Shown: in pieces, positions 25,346 through 37,538 of the stretch | Layout of the letters: every line of letters starts with the position of its first letter | Numbering within the stretch: the stretch's first letter is position 1 | Origin: Trichodelitschia bisporula | Taxonomy: Eukaryota | DNA: 64,000 nucleotides | Assembly (NCBI GenBank): GCA_010356995.1 | Contig: ML996688.1 | Span: 558,001 to 622,000 of the forward strand | Direction of reading: 5' to 3' | Notes under the pieces: generated by a model | Databases searched by the model: none | The model's input: the letters and a program-made list of their open reading frames with translations, nothing else | What the model was told of the DNA's origin: nothing | Position numbers and translations under genes: made by a program

Positions 25346-27053
25346 ATGTACCCTCACCGGCCAGGTGCTCAGGAGCAGGGCAACCCGCCGAACAACTGGT
25401 CGCAAGGTGCTCCGCCGCCAGCGCAGCAGCAACCCAGCCCGCAGCCTTCCAACGGCCCCCCTCCCAACGGCACCACTCCCCACGGTGTTGCTCCCCACAG
25501 TCCGTTGCCCAACGGCACACCGCCCAACCCGCCTTACTACCCTTCGCACTCAGGACCGGTAAGTCTTCGTGTTCATCACTACCGCATCCCACCGAAAACT
25601 GACTTCCACAGCCGCCTCCTACGTCGCTTCCATCTCTGAACGAGTACCGCGGGGATATGGCACTCCACCCACCTCACCCGCCGCAGTATCAGGTCTATCG
25701 GGGTCCGCCTAACGATCCACATTACCGTGCTCCTCCGCCACAACAGGCTCAGGGCTACGCGTATCCCCAGCCGCACGCTCCAGCGCCGAGGCAGCGGACG
25801 GCCATTGCGTGTCGCTACTGTCGGCGTCGCAAGGCAAGTCACTTAGCCAACCCAAACTCCTAACCGGTCACTAACATACGCAGATCCGGTGCTCGGGCTT
25901 CGACAGCTCCGAGGATGGCCGCTGTCAGAACTGCCAACGGTTCTCGCAAGAGTGCATCTTCACGCCTGTTTCTGCCCAGGCGCAGGCCTTCGTTCCTGCC
26001 CACGCCGTCTACGGCCGGAACGGAGGCGCCTCCCCGACGCAACTCTACGGCGCATATGGACAGCCGCTCCCGCCTGCCCAACCGCTTCCCTCGCCGCAGC
26101 CGGGACAACAGGACCCGTACGGTCCGCGGCCCCATGGGTATATGCTGCCGAGCCCTTACAATGGGCATCCGCCACCACCAAACGGTGCTCAGCAGCCTGC
26201 CGGGTATCCACCCACTTCATCTACATACCATCCCACTGGACCCGCACCCTCGCCCTACTCGCCGACGCTTCCACCTCCGCAGCGGGACGAGCGTAACGTT
26301 CACCCTAACGGCGGTAGTCCCGGAACCAGCCGCCGGAAGCGGGCCTCTAACGAACCGCACGAGCCGACCCTGCCGCCACCGAACCCTGCACCTGTCTCGA
26401 TGCTACCGCGCACCCTTGCTCCCGAGCTGAACCGTGACTACCGATACCTTGACCCAGCCTCATCTGCTGGGGTCGGCTCCCGCTATCCGGATCCCGCACC
26501 GGCTCCTTCCGTCAAGCACGAAGGCCCGTCCACCCTATCCTATTCGGACCCCCGGTCTGCCGGACCTTCGACGTCGTCGCCCGGGCCGTCAGGGCCATAT
26601 TACGCTCCCTTGGCTTCCAATGGTCCATACTACGGCCCCCCACTCGCGCCCCCGCCGCCACCCGCCGCACCGGCCTCGCCTCCTAATGGCCACCACACCG
26701 GCGCCGGCCCATCTGCGCCTCCTGCATCGGCCGCTGCCACTCCTGCGACACTAGCTCCGAGTCCAGTCAGTTTTTACGCGCAGTATCCCCTTACCATCCG
26801 GGCGGGTGAAACCCAGGCTTCGGCGCCAACTGCTGCGCGTGCGCACTCGCCAGCGAGCTCGCATTCGTCCAGCAGCACGGCGCGCAACCGGGTGTCGCAG
26901 GAGTCTTCGTCTTCGTCCTCGTCGCAACCACCAAACCAGAACGGTAACGGTACCACGCGGCCTGCCATGAGCATCAGCAGCATCGTCAGCTCTGATTCCG
27001 GTGCGAGCCGTAGCATGGCTGATCGTGACATGCTCAAACGCCTCGGAAACTGA
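25346..27053 (+). CDS. mcrA: Pro-rich Zn(II)2Cys6 transcription factor, McrA-like; exons 25346-25558, 25612-25833, 25884-27053
   Basis: Spliced cluster RQRTAIACRYCRRRK|IRCSGFDSSEDGRCQNCQRFSQECIFTPVSAQAQAFVPAH; the McrA name is from recalled similarity and is less certain than the domain call; intron 2 is GC-AG. Confidence 0.85.
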
Positions 27054-29501
27054 AGCTGGATCTTCAGCCTTTTTCTATCACTATTCAATTTCTAATGTCT
27101 GGGCGGTCATCTGAATTTGTCTGTTTGTTCACCGCGAGGAAGAGAATGGCGACGTTTCCTGCACCGCAATATCGGAAAAGTTACGAACCCTCCGGGGATG
27201 TTTTTATTTGATTCCCTTCGGCGTGCTTAGCAAAAAGTTAGGCAGCATGGTGTTGGCGGTCCTTGCCGCTGCGCTAGACTGTCCCGCCATCATTTTTAAC
27301 TTACGATTTTCCTTGAGTTTCCGGGTTGTAGTCTCTCAAAGAGTTTTCGGGCCTTGTGGCTCGTGCGGGTGGGTGGAGCAGGGAAGGGTTACCCTGTCGG
27401 GAGGATATCTGTTTTGTGTTTGCGATTCGGGTCGGTCGGCGGATGTTTGATATCTTTCTCACTGCATCATGCTCTGTTCCTCATTATTCATCGATGAGCC
27501 TGTTTCTTTTTCTAACAATCTAGGGCGGTTGTCTGAACTATTGTTTTTACTGGGCAAGGTTGAAGGTGGGGAAGGAGGACAAGTCTGCAATGCTGTGTAT
27601 GGGAATCTCATCACTGTGGTCGCCACCTTGCCGGGGCTGACCATGTCGGTCGTTAGGGGATCGACGGTTTTATCATCCACTGAAAGTCGCACGCGAACAA
27701 TGGCGTGGAACGCGGCTAATAAAGAATGTGATCAACTGTCCAATTTTGGGAACACGTGTGACTCCCGTCGTGCTTGTCGTATTCACAGTGATGCGCTTGG
27801 GCCGCTAGTCGGGCTGCAATTTTGGCGCACCTTCCAGACCGGTAGGCTTCACTGAAGCGACATCTATCACATGCACGCCTTTGGTGTACAACTTCCATAG
27901 GGCATAGACTGCTGGTTGATTTATTAAGCGGCCACTGTCCACATCCGTAAGCATGGCAATTCTATGTGGCTTCAAACGCTTGGTTCCAACCAGAAACTTC
28001 AAAAGTTGAGTGATGGATGGCATTCCGACAGGGTGATGCTGGGATTCTGCGCCCCAGAGGAACTTCAAGCACCACCAAGTTTATGAGCTGTTTAATACCA
28101 GCTCATATGGTCTCAGTTAGTATGATGGACCGCTTCTCAGAGATATGCCTCGCCTCTGCCTCTCATCGCTCAAATCCCGCAATCAGTCAGCGAAGCGCAG
28201 ATGTGACGGGGCATGGTTACCGGATCGTTATCTGTATTTCGAGATTTTATCAACAGTCGGTCTCGATAAGCCATAAGAAGGAAGACGTGCCGGTATTGTC
28301 CCAGCCTGTCGATTTTGTATCCCACCGTGCCCACGTGCACCCTAGCATTTTGCGGCGACGGCGTCCAGTTCTGAATGGAAAGTAAATGAAAGCGGAGGAT
28401 ATTTTTATTTCCTTACGCCATGACCCCAAAGACATGTTATCGACGCATGGTAGCTCGTGATTAAGGAGGCAAGAATGTCGCTTTGCACGTACAACATGTG
28501 AGCTGATAAATATTTATATAATCTATCCTACTGCCCTTGCGGCTCCCCAAGGTCCAGGCAGATAAACTTACAGGTACGCCCTCGATCAATCTGTGATACA
28601 TAAGCCCCGGCCCGCACACGCTTAAAACTCTAAGATAAACGCCTTACATGCGCAGCCTTAAATCCAGCCAACCAGAGAAGTAAACAATACGCACATTCTG
28701 GCCCCCACAAAGAAAGAAAAAAAGGTACACACTTGGCCTTCAAACGCCCAAGTCCAGCAAAAGAAGGGGAAACTTGCGAAAAGGCGGCCCATCAGCCCAT
28801 CAAAATCATACAGACTTTGCAGTTGAATAATATTCCCTACACATGCGTTGAACTAAATGCTGGAGGAAAACGAGCAGGCACACAACCCAAAAACATTGGA
28901 AACGGTTGCGCATATCCCAAGCCTAAAATCCATACGTTACATGTACGCGCCGCAGGCCAGCCAATCAGATGACCCTAATGCTTCAGGGAGCCCGCACAAG
29001 CTATCTTTGATCACATAAAATTTGAGAATCACACATCCAGGTTCGAGATAGCATCTTAACACCTCAACAATTATGAACCACTTGGTCTATTCGAGCCAAA
29101 CAAGTCACCTTTTATTGCCATCCATTGTAGTCCACAACGACAAAGCCTTACGCGAGGCAAGAAACTTGCTACATTCTGATATCTGATGCTGAGCTTTGAT
29201 CATGAGCCATCCACTTCCATGAGTAAATATAGACGTCTTATGCGTATTAGGATGGCGGGACCGGTGGCAAGTAGCAGCAGGATAGTGCGGCCATCAACGT
29301 ATGGGTGCACTATAGCTGACATAGTGAGCTGGTGAGCGAACTGCTAAACTTGAACTATTACGCACAACGCTCTTGAAATCCAAAACGCATATGTCACGCA
29401 CGAACCTTAATTCCACCAAATAAAACGGTGGATGCGGGCAATGTCAGTTAATCTAGGTAACCTTCCGTGCCTTCTCCCTCTTGTAAAACGCACTCAAACT
29501 A

Positions 29502-29717
29502 TATTACCTGTACGGCCCAGGTGCTCGCCCAGATACATACCGAGATACTCGTTGCGCAGGCCCTAACTATTATGGACCAATCAAAGAGCTAGAATTTAGC
29601 TCCGTAAAAATTTCTCTGTTTCTGCAACATATCCTAGCTCTTCGACTGGTCCATGATACGGGTACGTAGGCGACGAGTACCTAGAGCTAGGCCAGTACCT
29701 GGGCCGTACAAGGGATG
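29502..29717. mobile_element. MITE-like fold-back element, copy 1
   Basis: Ends TATTACCTGTACGGCCCAGG...CCTGGGCCGTACAAGGGATG; internal inverted GGACCA..AGAGCTAG / CTAGCTCT..TGGTCC. Confidence 0.8.
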
Positions 29718-29811
29718 GCACCCATTGAAACTCGAATATGCTAATGCGCGAGCAGGCCAGCGTTATGAATGATCTCAGGGGAGAGTCCTCGTCAATGCGT
29801 ATATTTTTCAC

Positions 29812-29938
29812 TATCTCTTATACAGCCTGGGTACTGGCCCAGGTACACGCCCAGGTATTCTCCTCCACTTTTCCGCTGTTATGGACCAGTCAGAGAGCTG
29901 GGATTTGTTACAAAAATGGAGAAATCTTTGCAAAACTA
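29812..29938. mobile_element. MITE-like element, copy 2 (opposite orientation, truncated at the LINE tail)
   Basis: TATCTCTTATACAGCCTGGGTACTGGCCCAGGTAC...TTATGGACCAGTCAGAGAGCTGGGATTTG; ends at an (AAT)n run. Confidence 0.7.
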
Positions 29939-31280
29939 TAATAATAATAATAACAATAATAGCTTGATTACGCCCAGGCTTGTTTTAGCTGGCCGTATGG
30001 TCGGGTCTCACCACTTTAGGAGTGGGTTTGACCAATTTCTTTGGTTCTACACGGCAAAAACCCTCCCTGGAAGGGTTGAGGAAAAGCCCTGGAAGTCATC
30101 CTTTGGAGAGGGGTATGTGAGCCCCACGCCTTTTACGTGTGTTTATCGTCTTTTCTTTGCACCATTATTGTGTGTCCCAAGCGAGAACTTGGCTGCACGC
30201 CGAGAAACTGAGAAACACTTCATATCCCAATTAAACCCCAAAAACGCCGAACGCCTACAGCAACGCAGATCCCGTGATTCTAGGTCATGTGATCGAAAGA
30301 GAGAAGGAGAGGAAGGAAATTGAGGAATGCCAGGTGGTGTCCGGAGGCCGCCAGGGGGGTGGGGCGGCTCCTCTTTGGGGCAGATCTGGTTCCTGGTAGC
30401 AAAGGTGGCGTTGAATCCGTTCTTCATGTGTGGGTAGACTGGTGTTGTTGCTAGTCCAAATATGTTGTCGTAGTATGTTGTGTTTGTGGTTGGGGAGAGG
30501 GCACCTCGGGGGGTTTGCTGCTGGGTTGGGGGACGGTGTTGACCCTGAGGACGGGGATTGGGTTCGGGCTGCGTGGTTTCGTGTGGTGAGGTCTGTGGCC
30601 TCCGTTGTATTGAGCTTTTCCAGCTCTTTTGGGGTTCCTGGGGGGTTCCGGTTGCGGGCCGTCAGCTTTGTGGTGGCTCGCTTTCATCCGGTTCCCTTCC
30701 AGTCTCGCTAGGAGATTGTGGATTTGTGAACAGTTCGTGGGGTGTGGGCGGCTTTGTTCCACATCTCGGGTTCCGATTGGCGGAATTCTCTAGCTAGCTT
30801 GAATTGGCCGATGAAGCCTCTGTTGATGATATAGTTTGTGACTGCCTCTAGACCTCTCCTAGTGTTGATCATTTTGTTGTAGTCAATCGTTCTTGCTTGC
30901 TCGTAGAGCTCATGACCATATGCTTGGATGTTTGTCGCCCAAATCCGCAGGGGCACCGGGGGGGAGTCAAATGTCGGGACTCCTACTCTGAAGAGGAAGT
31001 CTCGCAGTCCAATGCATTCAGTACGTAGTTGTGTTGCTACGGCGCTGTTGGCCTTCAGTAGTCTACCATGGAGGTTGGGGACGTATTCCTTTCAGGGGGT
31101 GTGCCAGGTTGGTGCCTGTTTGTATCCGTTGGTTCTCCACAGGGCTTCCCATTCTTGGTTCTCCCAGTCGCCGAAGATCGTTCTTGGCGCCTGGGAGGGG
31201 TCTGCCGCTGCCACGATTGCTTTCGCTTCCATGAGCGTTTTGTCTTCAGGGTATGTGGGTTCTGGGGGCAGCCCAGCATA
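29939..31280 (-). mobile_element. 5'-truncated, degenerate non-LTR (Tad-like LINE) retrotransposon: 3' end of ORF2, 3' UTR and (TAT)n tail
   Basis: Minus strand reads ...WEALW...TWHTP*KEYVPNLHGRLLKANSAVATQLRTECIGLRDFLFRVGVPTFDSP then, after a frameshift in a C-run, RCPCGFGRQTSKHMVM, matching the QLRT..IGL / CxCG..QT..H C-terminus of fungal LINE ORF2; simple-repeat tail at 29939-29961. Confidence 0.75.
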
Positions 31281-34200
31281 TATGATCATAACTTCATGCC
31301 TTTTCACAGTAATTAGTAAGAGTACCATGCTCAACCCTTAACTTTTTTGAAGTAGTGACCGCTGGCCCTAGCGTATATGCATATTTCAAAAATGCTTTAG
31401 CAACCATTTGTAATGAAGCTTTTCCAAGTGTGCGGAACGGCGCGTGTAGTGATTATATTATCTGACAAAGGAATAACCAGACAGCTTGGGCAGAAAAGTA
31501 AAATGAAGGTTCTTTGACCCCAAAGACATGATTTGCTTGACGCGCATTTATTAACCCATACACATCCTAACTGTTTGCGTTTGTGAGTGTGGGATAGGTA
31601 TGTATCCAAGGGCTTGGCTCTTGCGTGCAATGACTCTTCCGAAAGTTAGATTTGCGCATGTCGGAGGACATTTATCATAGATAACACCATTTAGACAAGC
31701 AATGCGCCCGGCATTTTGACAGTTGACTCGATATCAAAGACTCTCTTTCTCCCTACACCATAAAGACATATATCCACATACCTCACCAACATTACCCACT
31801 GCTCCCGTACTGAGGAATTCGGCGCGCGTCCTGGGGTCTAAAGGGAGCACTTTGCACGTACCCCTACACAGCTTGATGCCGACCTCCTCTTAATTTCCAA
31901 CATATTGAACTCCCAGTTGCGATATCGGCAGGACGTGGGGGCCTTGGAATAAAGCATGGCTTATTAGAATTATCTCTATTAGACGACTAGTCTCACATTG
32001 AATGTGGCCGAGGTACCTATGAAAAAGGAATGCTCAATGTATTGCAAGCTTGGTGGAAGTAGGGGTCTTATAAAGCGCTACTGACTGGCTAACATTATTT
32101 TGCTGGTCAAAGTTCTAGACATCTGAGTGGCTCATGATGAGAGTATATATATGGTATGACAGCTTTGCCGTCTATAGGTGGAACAGTTGCCCGATCATTC
32201 CATTAACAGAATACCTCGACGAGTCTAGTCATGTGGCAATATAGTACTAGGGATAGTTTCTTTACCAACCTTAACCCTTGCTGTGGTTGTCAAAAGGAAA
32301 TATGACCGTTTCGTCTGCAATAGATTTGCGGGACAGCTATAGCCTTTTTTAACAGCCTTTCGTCCCCTATAAAGTCCACCTATGCTTTACGGTTATACAT
32401 TTAGTGTGTCAGGGGCGCACAAATCACTGGTTGCACAGCATTGGTTGTGGAATAACATTCATTGAAAGCTTGAAGAACTATGTAAAGGTTTCGCGTCAGA
32501 ATGTGGAGTGTGGGGGAGCTGGGGGTGCTAGCGCACAGGCCAGCGCCAAACCCTCACCCGGTAAGTCCAGCCGGGGCTGGAATTGCAGCATCCGGCATCA
32601 ATCTTACCGAGTCACGTGACCCATACAGGGCATGTGGCCATTTGACATGGGAGAGATGGTATCCTCCCATGACATAGTGGTCCTACAAGTGCTTTGCTTA
32701 CAACACGGCGTGAGGCTCCTTTGCTCGTCATAACAATCTAGAAGATGAAAAGATTACCGCCATGCGCCTATGCCGCAGGGGTGGATTACGACTTAGAGAT
32801 AAAAAGAGTAGAAATTTAAAAGAATCTCAGGACTACGCGCCTAACCAGTCTTACTCCGCAAGCTCTGTAGTAATTTCCAAAAGTCATGTTTCATACTCTC
32901 CCGTACTGGCTGGATTGAAAATCAGGCAAATCTTGAACAAGGTGCTATCATCCCTTGGTCAGCTTGGGTTCAAGCGCGAGTTCTGGCTGGGGCCCAGTAC
33001 GTAGTATCGTAATATTAAAAAAGCCTAATGCTAGCAGTAGGTGGTGGCTGCTACGTGTGATCAGAGTACAATAAAATGAAGTTAAAGTTACCGCACAGCC
33101 ATGTAGCAATGTTGTAAAAACCCGAGATACTTACGAAAGGGTATTGGCAAAAGTACCTACCCACTTTGGTTGAGGTACCTACCCCCCCTAAAATGTGGCT
33201 CGCTAATACCTTTATCCTATCTTTACCTTCGCCCCTTCAAAACGCCAAGCCCCATCAAACCCAAATCGTAAACTGCCAGTCGCGATGCACTCACGCCACG
33301 AAATCATGCAAAGATAAAATCAAGCTCGTTAGAATTGACTCAACGAGGCGATTGTTTTGGCACTGCTCTCGCCGCGATAGGCTATTTATATGAGTTATTA
33401 TTCAAGTTCAAAGCTTTTGCGGCTTAATGCAGCTGGATGCGGCTTAACTCGGTCTGTACCATAACCTATTAAAAGCTACAAACATCAAGGCTCCATAAAT
33501 CCTCTTCCTACAACGCCGATGCGATGATGGGGCGTTTTCCATAGGCCTAAATTTGAAAAATCTTTCAATTCTGCTAAAACGCTCTGCCCCCAATACATAT
33601 AGCTTTAGATCCCGGCCGGAAGGCCGGTCCTAAACCTTCATATCCCTATATATTCATGTTGAATAAAAGAAACCGTTCTCAGGACATGGGCCTCTAGTCT
33701 TATCTGGTAGCTAACTATCATGTAGACGTGGGCGTTGAAGAGCGGGGAGGACTTTAACAGGGTGTTTGGCTAAAAACCTCGACATGGGGAAAGGATCTCT
33801 AATCAAAGAATGCACCCCGGGCACGTCCGGGAGCATGCTTAGTTAGACGATAGTGCGTTATTTCTATATCTGGTACCAGTAAATATTTGGGCCTCATGAG
33901 GTCGCTGTTCGCTCCCTACTTCCTTTTTCTGAAGCTGTCACGTTGTGTTCAGGGCTTCCTGGCGTGCCTACGGTTGACTTCCGGCAGCGTATTCAGTGTT
34001 CGCATCCAGGTGCTCACGGGTAACGTCGGCGATGTAGTTTGCAGAAGGAGTAAAGCATGTGTGGTGAGCGCGGAATTAACCCAATATGCGCCCCAAAAGC
34101 AGGTGCTACACATCTCCTATCCCCGCCAGTCGGTGACCAGCATTTGAGAAGTGCGATCCAACCAGGTAATCGTGCCCTACAACTTCGCATCTACATGTAT

Positions 34201-34894
34201 AGCATAATAGCAAGTCTTGCTGCGCTTGCGTGGAGTACGACAAAAATTTAAACTACCGCTCGCCTTAAGCAAAGTTCATTGACCTATGAACCATTATCAT
34301 GCACTAATACTTGCGGTCGCACGAGTTTAAACTTGCCTCACGAAGACAGTAGGTTTAACCCTTCATCGAGCTCAACTCGCCCGTAAAAGGTATTTTATGC
34401 AGCTGTGCCTTAGTTTGGGCTTTTACGAGACGAACCGTGTGAGTTGCTCGTAATTTTAGAGGCACGCATCTGAATCATTTGAACAAGTGGGAAATATCTG
34501 CTCGGGTATTTCGCGGCTCGATGGTCGTATCAGAATTTCCCATGATCAGCCAGTAGTGCTAAGCTAAGAATTTGAGGTACAAGAATACTCAGAATAGTTG
34601 ATACAAAAAGAAGCTTTAATTCTGGTAATTGGTGATAGCTAAATTAACCGTATGAAAACCTGCACAATAGGGACGCCCCCATTCATAGTTTGTCCATTGT
34701 ACTGCTGACATCCCCGTTGGCGTCCTTCTAACTTCCGATATCTTTGGGGTATGGTATGGTTAATGGCGTTGTGTTTAAGGTCGGGATTTTGATGGGGTGA
34801 CTAGGCGGTGTATGGAAGGTGTGTATGCAAGGTTTTCGGGGTGTATGGAATGGTACCCCCAGCTTATCCTGATCGTTCAGGCTATGAATACGAA

Positions 34895-34990
34895 GCGCAG
34901 GTACACGTAATTATGGACCAATTAAAGAGCTAGGATTTGTTGCAGAAACTGCAAATTTACAGAGCTAAATTCTAACTGTTTGGTTGGTCA
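34895..34990. mobile_element. MITE-like element, copy 3 (core only)
   Basis: CAGGTACACG..TTATGGACCAATTAAAGAGCTAGGATTTGTTGCAGAAAC...GAGCTAAATTCTA..TTGGTC matches the reverse complement of the copy 1 core. Confidence 0.65.
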
Positions 34991-36101
34991 CACTAACTGT
35001 ATGGCTTTAACGTTGCATTTGGTGCACTGCCTCTCATGCCATGTTTTTATCTACCCGAGAGATAACATTCGTGCAATGACGGCCAGGGTGAAAGGGGGGA
35101 GGCTTGCTTAGCGAGGTGCCAAGCCCCACCACCTCCTACCATCTCTACTCCTTCAGACTTAGATCCATGACAGATCGGAACACGGAGCGTACGACGGTGT
35201 GGCATGGAACCCGATGAGATGAAATATTTGAACGGTAGATATAGTGACGTCACGCAGTGCAGCAATGATGATGGGTGAACTCTCTGATGAGAGAGAAAAA
35301 GTGATTGTGGAGTTATAGAGCAAGCTATATAAGTGGAAGGGGATTTATATGTGTAGAAGCGCCAAGACCCAGCGCGCTAAGCCTAATCGGGAAACCATGC
35401 CGCGGGCCGGCTCTTACAGGGAAGGTGCAAGGTCTAGACCGTTTAGCCTTGATGCCTGATACACCCACGACCTGGAGCTAGCTGACTGCCTGAAGCCCCT
35501 CGGTCTGACAGTAGAGAATGCTACGCGCGCAACCAAACGGCTCAAAGGCGCACGTAAGGGAAACATCACGAAACCCTTTCCATACTCTCTGGGCGCGTCA
35601 TGGGCGCCTTCCCATGTCACTATGTACTTAACTAAATACAAGATGACCACCAGGTACTCTAAGGCTTTTGAACCCAGACTCGCGCTCACTTCTTTTCCAT
35701 TTGCCGCGAGGGGCGTACGACGCCCCGGAGCCCTTGCGTACATAATCAGACGTATCTACACGAGCACCATCGTGCCTCCGGCGGGGATGCCATGGGTTAG
35801 CTAGGCGCGCTGCGCCCAGGGACGTGGGCCGTCTGTCGGTTAAACCCAAGGATATCAACCACTAATCTATTTCTTTTGCTTTTGGTTAGCGCATCACGTG
35901 TTGCGAGTTTAAAATTAAAATTGGTAGGGTATCGGCGCTAACACTGGCCAAAGGGGTGGCGTGTAGCGTGAACTTCAGCGTTGGCATCTCATAACTTTTA
36001 AATTCTAAGCTTGCATACGCGATACACACACGAAAAGAAGATGGTTTAATCTTTTATTTATCATTGGCTTGAGCTATCAAGCACCCGCTCTGGTAGCGGT
36101 C

Positions 36102-36317
36102 TATCCCTTGTACGGCCAAGTCAACTGCCCAGGTACACACCCCCAGCTACTTGCCCAGGCTGTCATTAAACAATTAAAGAGCTCTGATTAATTACAGAAA
36201 CTGAGAATCCTTTACAGAACTAGACTCTAGGTGTTTGACTGGTTAATAACAGCGATTTGTGCCTGGACAAGTACCTGGGCGTGTACCTGGGCCATTATGT
36301 GGGCCGTACAAGGGATA
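36102..36317. mobile_element. MITE-like element, copy 4 (full length)
   Basis: Perfect terminal inversion TATCCCTTGTACGGCC...GGCCGTACAAGGGATA; subterminal GCCCAGGTAC / GTACCTGGGC repeats. Confidence 0.85.
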
Positions 36318-37314
36318 GAATCATAACCAAGGCGGAGTTAAAATTGGGTATAGATGCGGGTAGAAGAAGGGACTCCTATTGGCCATGCATTTCTGAAGGT
36401 TCTAAACCGTCCTTGGCCGCTCGTAGGAGGGTGACAAGTGTAGGAAAAATGGGGGCGCTTATGTAAAGTAATTCCTAAAGGCTTATAGTTAGTAGTAGGC
36501 TTGAGAATTAATTGGTACGTATGCTCCCAGGCTCTGTTATTTTACAGATCCGAAATCGTACAACGCCAAGTTCGCTCAAGATATGATGAACACTTTGGTC
36601 CGCGCATTAGGCGAAGGTGCTTCAAAACCCAGCCGAAAGGCTTTTTTCCACTTTGGTTTTCACTTCAGAGTCATTGTTCTTATGCTTCATGAATGGGCTT
36701 GTTTGCTAGCTAGCACATTTGGATGGACCGTGCGGCACCATAACGGGACGAACTGGGTATCCAGCGCGGTATCTTCTAAGGAAGCTCTTTTAGGCGTGCA
36801 ATAGTCCCATGATCTTTATCGTCTCTAGATGGACACCTGAGATTCACCCCACCCCAACCCCCTTCACGCCCCCCTCCCCCAGGAGGACTGCCAATCAAAA
36901 ATCATGTATACTGTGAAATTGCTTGACTAACACCTCCCATCTTGCAGTTGAAGATTATAGTCATACATTTAGTTCGATTTTCCCAAATAAACTGACAAAC
37001 CCCCTTATGCCGTCAACAGAATTCCGATGATAGCAGGAATCATCCTAACTCATCAATGTCGGAGTGCATTGCGAGTTGAATGTTTAACATTTTTGTAACT
37101 TTCTGAGGAGAAGGCTTAGCCGTAACCAGGGAAAATGCCAAGAAATCTGTCAACCTTTGCGATAAGACAGCTTTCTCGTTGTTCGCGACGAAAAATAAGC
37201 TGAGTTGCTCATCGCGGCAAGGTGATTCTGACAATCTAAAATGGCTAACCAGGTAGGAGTGTGTATTTACGCGGTAAAAAAAATACAACGTCACGCACGC
37301 ATGTATTTCCAGAC

Positions 37315-37538
37315 CATCCCCTACACTGTCAGGTACTTGCCGGGGTAATTTCCCAGTTACTCGCCTAGGTACTCGCTATCATAGACCAATCAGAGAGCTA
37401 GAATTTTGCTCCGTATTAGTTCTGTATTAGTTCTGTATCAGTTCTGTAAAGAGTTCTTGATTCTGCAACAAACCCAAGCTCTTTTATTTGTCCATGATAA
37501 CGAGTACCTGGGCCAGTACCTGGGCCGTACAAGGGATA
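37315..37538. mobile_element. MITE-like element, copy 5
   Basis: Right end GTACCTGGGCCAGTACCTGGGCCGTACAAGGGATA; core GACCAATCAGAGAGCTAGAATTTTGCTCCGTA; internal 11-bp TATTAGTTCTG triplication. Confidence 0.8.

Noticed and set aside
33612..33627. CCGGCC-GGAA-GGCCGG hairpin, and CTACA/TGTAG-CTAG near 58556-58574, as Helitron 3' ends
   Set aside because: Spacing and the CTRR-T junction do not fit; no matching 5' end was identified
29502..37538. CRISPR array interpretation of the GCCCAGGTAC repeats or of the 40680 repeat
   Set aside because: Eukaryotic DNA, no unique spacers, no cas genes; the repeats are parts of inverted elements or simple tandem arrays
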